This document shows positions 57,141 to 64,000 of a stretch of DNA of 64,000 bases, piece after piece; the first letter of the stretch is position 1; every line of letters begins with the position of its first letter. The notes beneath the pieces are model-generated. The model had not been told where the DNA came from. It did no database searches and worked only from the letters and a program-made list of their open reading frames with translations. Position numbers and translations under genes: made by a program. Source of the DNA: Desulfatiglandales bacterium (lineage in GTDB: Bacteria; Desulfobacterota; DSM-4660; Desulfatiglandales; Desulfatiglandaceae); the NCBI GenBank assembly GCA_963666345.1, contig OY762721.1, forward strand, positions 128,001 through 192,000, written 5' to 3'.

Positions 57141-58811
57141 TTACCCGGCGGTATTATTTTCCTCTGTTATATCAGACAGTAAGTTTTTCTGCATTTTTTC
57201 CACACCAGGGGTTATGAAAGGGACGTTGCTTTTCTTCCAGGCAAGGCCGTCTTCGATAAAATAGGCAAGGACCTTCCTGTCATCGCATACATCGGCTCCT
57301 CTTCTTTTTCGATTATTAATCCTGGCCATCATGCATATCGTTCCATACAAATAACAACTCAGAAAAGTAATCCTCCTGAGAAAAAATTCCTTTTGCACTA
57401 TATTTCTCCCGTAAACAAGAAGCCCTCCATATATAAGTAACCTGATTTTCCTGCTGCTTGATCTTATAAACCGTGCGCCCTTTTTCATGACCGGAACCGC
57501 CGAAAGAGGCGTTTTCCATCCTTTTTCCCCGAGCATGCCTGAAATGAGAAAAAGGAGCGTTTTGAGTCCTCCGCCGGAAAAGGCCTTTATGGATCTGTTT
57601 AATCGTCTGATCAGATAAACTGGGGGATAGATCGAGTGGATCTCGGTGGTGCCCTCAAATACCGTTGCCACCCTGAAGTCCCTCATCCTCTTTTCATAAG
57701 GCATGTTTGAAAGATAACCGGCCCCCCCTGCCACCTGAAGGCCATCATAGAGGGCATCCCAGGCCTTTGTCGTTCCGAATAGTTTGCAGTGGGAACTTTC
57801 CATGGCAACCGTTGAAACCGGATCATCCATAAGCATGCCAGCGGTAAAAGCGGTCATCGCTTCTGTCACCGCGCCATAAACCTTCGCCTTTACCATCTTT
57901 TCCTGGATAAGTTCAAAGGAATTTATAGGTACACTGAACTGTATTCTTTTCTTTGCCCTCATCTTCATGTCCTCATAGGATTGCTTCATTATTCCAGAGG
58001 ATGCCGCCCCTAGGGCCATCCTTCCATAGTTCAGTATGCTCATGGCAATTTTAAAACCATCTCCAGGTCTTGCCAGCAAATTTTCAACCGGCACTTTAAC
58101 ATTATTGAAATTAATTGATGCGGTGGAACTGGCCTTCAGCCCCATCTTCGGCATGTCCCTGCCTATTGAAACACCCTCCCTGGCTGTCTCCACGACAAAT
58201 GCCCCCATAAAACCCGGTTTTTCAGGATTTAGCTGGGCAAAGACGGTCAGCCCTCCTGCGTAGTTGGCATTGGTTATATAGGTCTTCTGTCCGTTAAGAA
58301 GATAATATTTTCCGTCCTCAGAAAGTATTGCCTTGGTCTGGATATTTTTCGCATCCGATCCGGTCAAAGGCTCGGTAAGTGCATATGAGAATATCATTTC
58401 ACCTCTTGCCGCAGGCACAAGATATCTATTCTTCTGTCTTTCATTTCCATATAGGACAATTCCTTTTGTTCCTATGGAAAGATGCGCCAGGCTCAGAATC
58501 GCCAGTGCCATGTCTGAGGCGGCTACCTCTTCAACCACCTTCAGATATTGAAGCAGATCAAGCCCCATCCCACCATACCGGCTGGGTATATTAAGCCCGA
58601 AAAATCCTAGTTCGCTCAGTTTTTTTAATAAATTTTCAGGTATTGCCCCCTTTTCTTCAAGTAACGAAGGAGGGTATTCTTTCTGAAATGCCAGAAAATT
58701 TTCTATAATTTCTCTTGTGGTCTCATCACCTTCGATATCCCTGAAAGATGAGAACCTTTTATTGTCAAGGATTCCTTTGTAAAGATCAGAGAGAAACTGT
58801 CCGTCACCCAT
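57141..58811 (-). CDS. Acyl-CoA dehydrogenase, long type (VLCAD/ACAD9-like C-terminal extension)
   Basis: AHLSIG, YALTEPLTGSDA, NGQKTYITN, KMGLKAS, ILNYGR, QVAGGAGY, FEGTTEI. Confidence 0.9.
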   Translation of the reverse strand: MGDGQFLSDLYKGILDNKRFSSFRDIEGDETTREIIENFLAFQKEYPPSLLEEKGAIPENLLKKLSELGFFGLNIPSRYGGMGLDLLQYLKVVEEVAASDMALAILSLAHLSIGTKGIVLYGNERQKNRYLVPAARGEMIFSYALTEPLTGSDAKNIQTKAILSEDGKYYLLNGQKTYITNANYAGGLTVFAQLNPEKPGFMGAFVVETAREGVSIGRDMPKMGLKASSTASINFNNVKVPVENLLARPGDGFKIAMSILNYGRMALGAASSGIMKQSYEDMKMRAKKRIQFSVPINSFELIQEKMVKAKVYGAVTEAMTAFTAGMLMDDPVSTVAMESSHCKLFGTTKAWDALYDGLQVAGGAGYLSNMPYEKRMRDFRVATVFEGTTEIHSIYPPVYLIRRLNRSIKAFSGGGLKTLLFLISGMLGEKGWKTPLSAVPVMKKGARFIRSSSRKIRLLIYGGLLVYGRNIVQKEFFLRRITFLSCYLYGTICMMARINNRKRRGADVCDDRKVLAYFIEDGLAWKKSNVPFITPGVEKMQKNLLSDITEENNTAG

Positions 58812-58939
58812 AAAAACACCCCTCATATAATTTCATAGTCTGCAAACAGCAGAATTATTCTCTCCAGAGGCGGTAAAGGCCCCGTTAAATCCATGGAGTT
58901 TTGGAAACCGTGCCCTCTGTTTCTGCACTCTATTTTTTT

Positions 58940-59065
58940 TCATACCATGCACCTCCATGCTGGCACATATACAAAATCACCCGGACCGGTGATTTTCTTT
59001 TCCACGATATCCCCTGTCCTAGGATCGAAGACTTCTTCACATTCCTTAAAGTTTGAAACATTCAT
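58940..59065 (-). pseudogene. Probable degraded cupin gene
   Basis: AAGGAG RBS; 41-aa ORF ending GPGDFVYVP, with MEVHGMK continuing in another frame (cupin motif 2 split). Confidence 0.5.
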
Positions 59066-59519
59066 AATTTTCTCCTTTCAATTTAACGGCTTCGTAAAAG
59101 GGCTAAATGTCCGGCGTTCAGCGCCCTTTCACTTCATAATAAAATGCAGATTCATTTTTAAAATATCACAATAGAAAATCATATTCCACAATGATCATAT
59201 GCCGTACATTCTCAGGCATACGGCATTGAATTAAAGGGTCCATTATTCTCTGACTTTCGCACATCTTACAGGTTGAGCCAAATCCTGGAACCTGGGGGAA
59301 ATTGACCTACATCGACGGTCTTCAATTTCACCGATTTTTTTCTCATGCTCTCGTGCCGGCGATGGAGATCATATATCTTGACAGGCGGCTGTCTACTTTG
59401 AGAAATTGGGGACCCGCTCTTAAACAACATAAACCCTATTCCGTTCCCTGTTTATTTATTTTCTCCTGCGGGTAGGGCTAACGAAAATAAACGATTATTA
59501 CGCAAAATTGGGATATTTT

Positions 59520-60149
59520 ATGGGCCTTATACGAGGATCTGCCACTTTTACACGCTTTTATGTTGACGGGAATCTTACTGAAGACTATGCCGAGCGTCTT
59601 CCCGATCAGATCAAACGCTTCTCATTCAGGCGTCTTGACGAGCATTCCATCTCTGATCGTTCTACAGGCTGGGTCAATTTGATGAATATATTCAGTACCG
59701 ATTTCGATGCAAAGGAATTCCTTACGCCTCCCTATTTAACGCTGTCCTATCGCATCGACTCGAGGAATGTACCCAGAAACGCACTCACGCAGCACTGTCT
59801 GGAGGCGGAAAATGAGATAAAAAAGGCCGAAGGCCTTGAGTTTATACCCAGGGGTAAAAAAAAGGAGCTCAGGGATTTTATTTGGGCTCAATTGATAAAA
59901 AGGGCGATCCCTAAGACAAGCACATATGACATGATCTGGAATCTTGAGACGTCATTTGTATTTTTCGCTGCAACAAGCAGTAAAGTCATAGATGAATTTT
60001 CAGATATCTTTTTTAAAACCTTTAATCTTGCTCCCTCTCCCGTCTACCCTCTTTCACTTGCCCGTCTGAACCTGGAAACGGAAGACCATAACCCTGCGCC
60101 CCTTGAAGCACTCGTGCCCATTGATTTCAAAGGAGGAAAGGAAATATGA
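59520..60149 (+). CDS. RdgC-like protein, N-terminal-half type
   Basis: FTRFYV...STGWV...YRIDSRNVP...RAIP pattern resembling the RdgC N-terminal region. Confidence 0.72.
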   Translation: MGLIRGSATFTRFYVDGNLTEDYAERLPDQIKRFSFRRLDEHSISDRSTGWVNLMNIFSTDFDAKEFLTPPYLTLSYRIDSRNVPRNALTQHCLEAENEIKKAEGLEFIPRGKKKELRDFIWAQLIKRAIPKTSTYDMIWNLETSFVFFAATSSKVIDEFSDIFFKTFNLAPSPVYPLSLARLNLETEDHNPAPLEALVPIDFKGGKEI

Positions 60150-60673
60150 ATCTACTGGAACAGGTGGAGGGTTCGGAATTTATCGGAAGGGATTTCCTCG
60201 TATGGCTCTGGTTCAAGAGTGAAACCAATGACGGCATTATAGAGCTTGAGGAGGTAGGGTTCGCGGAGATCGTTCTTGAAGGCAAGCTGACTCTGGAAAC
60301 AGAGGGCGCGGATTACACGGAATCAATAACCTGTTCAGGAAGCATCCCTCTTTTGAAAGAGGCCCGGTTCGCCCTTACACAAAACAAAAAACCGACCCTT
60401 GCAGGCATAAGACTTATAATGGGTGACGACGAGTTCCTATTTTCCCTTGATTCCAGATGGATGAACTACAAGGCACTTAAGACGCCACGGATCATGGAGG
60501 ATTACAAAGACGACCCTGACGGGCTTTTTTATGAAAAGTTCGGGCTCATTGAAAAGGCGGTTTCGATGATGGACTCGGTCTTTATTCACTTCATAAAACT
60601 GAGGCTGTCTGAAACATGGACCGAAAGAGAATCACCTGATCTCATGAATTGGATAAATAAAGGGAAAGAATGA
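60146..60673 (+). CDS. Partner protein, probably the RdgC C-terminal-half type
   Basis: ATGA overlap with the previous gene, GGAGG RBS; GRDFLVWLWF, EARFAL..KKP. Confidence 0.65.
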   Translation: MNLLEQVEGSEFIGRDFLVWLWFKSETNDGIIELEEVGFAEIVLEGKLTLETEGADYTESITCSGSIPLLKEARFALTQNKKPTLAGIRLIMGDDEFLFSLDSRWMNYKALKTPRIMEDYKDDPDGLFYEKFGLIEKAVSMMDSVFIHFIKLRLSETWTERESPDLMNWINKGKE

Positions 60674-60783
60674 GAGTACTGTTACTTCAGCAGGTTATTT
60701 GACCTACCGGACCTGGACCGATCTCTCCTTGGATCAGGCAGGAAAATATTTACGGTTTATAGATCTCGGTCTCCTTTTTCGCC

Positions 60784-62376
60784 TCAGACCTGCTCCTGAG
60801 TCTTATGAAAAGTAATTTCAGGCCATTGTTCCATGCACCTTCCCAGACGCCAGCTACTTGTGGCCAGAAATGCAAGGCGGCCCGCAGAGTCCTCTGCCAG
60901 AGAATTTCTGTTCTCCTTTTCAAACTCCTTCATATAATTATTATCCGTACAAGACACCCAGCGAGCGGCTTCGTACCGGACATTATCATAAACCGTGTCA
61001 GCACCATACTCGTTTTTTAATCTCTCAGATGTTACGTCAAACTGAAGAGGGCCTACCGCACCCAGGATGTATTCGCTTCCCCCGAGAGGTCTGAAAACCT
61101 GAACGGCCCCCTCTTCCGACAGCTGAACAAGCCCTTTGTAAAGCTGTTTGCTTTTCATGGGGTTTTTCAGCCTTATTCTTCTGAAATGCTCCGGCGCAAA
61201 GCTTGGTATCCCGATGAATTTGAGGGCCTCCTTTTCGGTAAAGGTATCCCCAATCTTGATGGTACCGTGATTGTGAATACCTATTATATCGCCTGGAAAT
61301 GCCTCCTCTACGGTAGCCCTGTCCTGGGCCATGAACAGGGTCGCGTTGCCAAGGGAAATATCCTTTCCCGTTCTCTGATGGACGACCTTCATTCCCCTTT
61401 TGAATCTTCCGGAACAAATCCTCAGGAATGCTATCCGGTCCCTGTGGGCGGGGTCCATATTGGCCTGTATCTTGAACACAAACCCGGAAAACGACTTCTC
61501 ATAGGGAGAAACCGGCCTTGTGAGGCTTTCCCGTGTCAGGGGTGCCGGGGCCATTTCTACAAAGGCATCAAGAAGTTCCCTGACACCGAAATTATTTATG
61601 GCGCTACCGAAAAATACGGGTGTCTGATTTCCCTTAAGATAATGCTCCAGCTCAAATGGATCAGCTGCCACCTCCAAGAGTTCCACCTCTTCCCTCAAAT
61701 GATCCGCCTCACTTCCCAGAAGCTCATCCAGACGTGAATCGCAAAGGTCGGTTATCCTAACACCTTCCTGCAATTTACTGCTTTGCCCGCCCTTAAAAAG
61801 ATGCAGTTCCTTTATATAGCGGTTATAAACCCCCTTAAATGATTTCCCCATGCCTATGGGCCATGAAAGAGGCACACACTCGATCTGCAGCTTCTCCTCT
61901 ATGTCCGAAAGCAGGTCAAGGGGTGCCAGCCCGTCTCTATCCAGCTTGTTAATGAAGGTGATTATCGGAGTGTTGCGCATGCGGCACACCTCCATAAGCT
62001 TTTCTGTCTGGGACTCCACTCCCTTTCCACTATCGATTACCATCAGTGCGCTGTCCACGGCGGTAAGAACCCTGTATGTATCTTCGGAAAAATCCTGGTG
62101 CCCTGGGGTGTCGAGCAGGTTTATCTCGAAGTCTCTGTAATTGAATTTCATGGCGGATGTGGTCACAGAGATACCCCTCTCTCTTTCTATCTTCATCCAA
62201 TCGCTGGTTGCATGCCTGGCCGCTTTTCTTGCCTTTACAGCACCTGCCTGCTGTATGGCGCCTCCAAAAAGTAAAAGCTTTTCCGTAAGCGTGGTTTTAC
62301 CTGCGTCAGGATGGCTTATTATCCCGAAATTTCGTCGTTTTTCGACCTCTTTTCTGTGGATGCTATCTGAATTCAT
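60784..62376 (-). CDS. prfC: Peptide chain release factor 3
   Basis: [37 protein letters not shown]. Confidence 0.96.
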   Translation of the reverse strand: MNSDSIHRKEVEKRRNFGIISHPDAGKTTLTEKLLLFGGAIQQAGAVKARKAARHATSDWMKIERERGISVTTSAMKFNYRDFEINLLDTPGHQDFSEDTYRVLTAVDSALMVIDSGKGVESQTEKLMEVCRMRNTPIITFINKLDRDGLAPLDLLSDIEEKLQIECVPLSWPIGMGKSFKGVYNRYIKELHLFKGGQSSKLQEGVRITDLCDSRLDELLGSEADHLREEVELLEVAADPFELEHYLKGNQTPVFFGSAINNFGVRELLDAFVEMAPAPLTRESLTRPVSPYEKSFSGFVFKIQANMDPAHRDRIAFLRICSGRFKRGMKVVHQRTGKDISLGNATLFMAQDRATVEEAFPGDIIGIHNHGTIKIGDTFTEKEALKFIGIPSFAPEHFRRIRLKNPMKSKQLYKGLVQLSEEGAVQVFRPLGGSEYILGAVGPLQFDVTSERLKNEYGADTVYDNVRYEAARWVSCTDNNYMKEFEKENRNSLAEDSAGRLAFLATSSWRLGRCMEQWPEITFHKTQEQV

Positions 62377-62776
62377 ATTCTCCCGCCTTTTATAAACATA
62401 AAAACCGGGCCGAAATAAAGCCCGGTTGGTTTTAACTCTAATATAATGTCATGCCGGTAAAGGTCAACCCTGATCCATTGATCTTCATACCGACACCTGA
62501 GCCTGTTTGATACCTCAAATCTCTATTTACCGATAAACGCCGTGGATCTCACGATTGTCAAGTTTTTTCTCTGTCACGGCATTACAAGGTCTCATACAAT
62601 CTCGGATTGCCTAAAAGCAGCACCTCTCTATTAGCCATAAAAAGACCTCTTCCTAATCAGTCTTCAACAGGCACACGCCTTTTCGTCCGTACGATATCCT
62701 TCCGGGAGGACAAATAATATTTTGGGCAGAAGAGATCAAACATAAAATGACCCGTCATGTTTCTGTTCCTCTATGA

Positions 62777-63628
62777 CTATTTTTCTGAGTAATGGTAAAA
62801 GCCTCTGCCGCTCTTTCTTCCCAGCTGTCCCGCCTTCACCTTTTTTCTCAGGATATCGGGTGGAAAATGAGCAGGTTCCCTTGTTTCGTTATAGATCCCC
62901 ATGCGTGCGGCTAGCACCACATCAAGGCCTACCATGTCCATCAGCTCAAAGGGTCCCATAGGATATCCCAACCCCAGCCTCATCGCCTTGTCGATGTCCT
63001 GTGCGCTGGCAATACCCTTTTCCAGCAAGCGAAGGGCCTCCAAAAAGGCCATCCCGTTTATTCTGTTGACAATAAATCCTGCGCTGTCACGGTTTACAAG
63101 GACCGGTTCTTTTTCCAGGGAGATGACAAATTCCCTTATGCGGGAGACGGTTTCATCTGATGTCAAAACCCCCTTAACGATCTCGACAAGTCTCATGCGG
63201 TGAACCGGGTTGAAAAAATGTATCCCCGCGACCCTTTCCGGCTTTTTCAGCACAGAGGCAATCTCCGTTATCGGTATGGAAGACGTGTTGCTTCCAAGAA
63301 CGGTATTTTCGGCACAGCTTTTTTCCAGGCCTATGAAAAGTTCCTGCTTGGCATCCAGGTCTTCGATTATCGCCTCTATCACAAGATCTGCCGAACCCGC
63401 TTCTTCAATCGACTCCACCTTGGATATCCTTCCTGCTATTTCCCCAACCGGTCCTTTCAGGAGCCCCTTTGCAGAAAGCTTTTCCAAAGCCCACCTGACG
63501 GAATCAATGGCCTTTGAAACGGCTTCAGTTTCTAGATCGCTCATAAACACCTTGTAACCGGCCTGTGCGCAGGCCTGAACGATACCGGTTCCCATTGTTC
63601 CGGTTCCTATAACGCAAACTGTCTTCAT
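62777..63628 (-). CDS. 3-hydroxyacyl-CoA dehydrogenase (second paralog)
   Basis: GTGTMGTG, SNTSS, GIHFFNP, GFIVNR, YPMGP. Confidence 0.92.
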   Translation of the reverse strand: MKTVCVIGTGTMGTGIVQACAQAGYKVFMSDLETEAVSKAIDSVRWALEKLSAKGLLKGPVGEIAGRISKVESIEEAGSADLVIEAIIEDLDAKQELFIGLEKSCAENTVLGSNTSSIPITEIASVLKKPERVAGIHFFNPVHRMRLVEIVKGVLTSDETVSRIREFVISLEKEPVLVNRDSAGFIVNRINGMAFLEALRLLEKGIASAQDIDKAMRLGLGYPMGPFELMDMVGLDVVLAARMGIYNETREPAHFPPDILRKKVKAGQLGRKSGRGFYHYSEK

Positions 63629-63762
63629 ATTCCTATTCACCCTCTTCTGTGTTCTTTTCCACCCATTTTTTTATCTTTTCGAATAAAACCGGACCTGACA
63701 TATCTCATGTATCTATAAGACCCTTATCGGTTTTAAAGGAACCCCACGCACTTGATTTCCTC

Positions 63763-63999
63763 TTAAGGCACTATCACCGCCTTGAAGAACAGATCCTCGC
63801 CGGTGATTAGACCTCCTGCGAGTCTTACCGCCTTTTCAGCCTCTTCAAGGGGAAACCTGTGTGTAATGATTTCCTCAAGAGGATATTTTCCGGATTCAGC
63901 CAGTTTTATTGCTGGCAGTACGGAGTTTATGTTCTGGCTGAACACCCCCAGCACGGTCAATTCCTTTGTCACGATCTTATCGAGCACCACAGGTATCTC
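63763..63999 (-). CDS. Zn-dependent alcohol dehydrogenase (MDR family), C-terminal part, truncated by window edge
   Basis: KELTVLG...ITHRFPLEEA..A...KAVIVP C-terminal pattern. Confidence 0.78.
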   Translation of the reverse strand, partial: EIPVVLDKIVTKELTVLGVFSQNINSVLPAIKLAESGKYPLEEIITHRFPLEEAEKAVRLAGGLITGEDLFFKAVIVP

Positions 64000-64000
64000 C

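Noticed and set aside
59083..59130. ACGGCTTCGTAAAA, reminiscent of short repeat elements in sulfate reducers
   Set aside because: Single degenerate copy with no matching inverted end in the window.
62657..62758. 33-codon minus-strand ORF after the second hydroxyacyl-CoA dehydrogenase
   Set aside because: Weak RBS and no recognisable motif or TM segment; cannot be supported.
1..64000. CRISPR arrays, tRNA/rRNA, transposases, integrases, prophage and defence genes
   Set aside because: No regularly spaced repeats, tRNA arms or matching protein motifs were seen by eye.

Overview
Chromosomal window with no recognisable transposase, integrase, prophage, CRISPR array, rRNA or tRNA. Gene content suggests an anaerobic Desulfobacterota-like (deltaproteobacterial) organism (inference). 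About 57 CDS. Acyl-CoA metabolism: an acyl-CoA dehydrogenase with EtfBA, a second long acyl-CoA dehydrogenase, two 3-hydroxyacyl-CoA dehydrogenases and an OYE-type flavoenzyme. Transport: a TatT-associated TRAP system, a Liv-type ABC system, two MFS proteins and an IT-superfamily antiporter. Purine/NAD salvage: ade, PNP, MtaD-like, nadK, cinA. Translation: miaB, typA, arfB, prfC and a 29-aa bS22/mS38-like protein missing from the ORF track. The strongest leads are: (1) a riboswitch-like leader (promoter, multi-stem domain, competing pairing, terminator) before an orphan cooT; (2) a possible C-terminal selenocysteine with a SECIS-like hairpin in an FmdB zinc-ribbon protein; (3) a ParB-like / spore-photoproduct-lyase-like radical SAM / Nfu cluster behind a hairpin-rich spacer; (4) a class A PBP with a large insertion coupled to a helical-repeat lipoprotein; (5) an MBL-cNMP-cNMP-hemerythrin fusion. 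All family calls are by eye from motifs, and RNA structures were paired by hand. No searches or folding programs were run.
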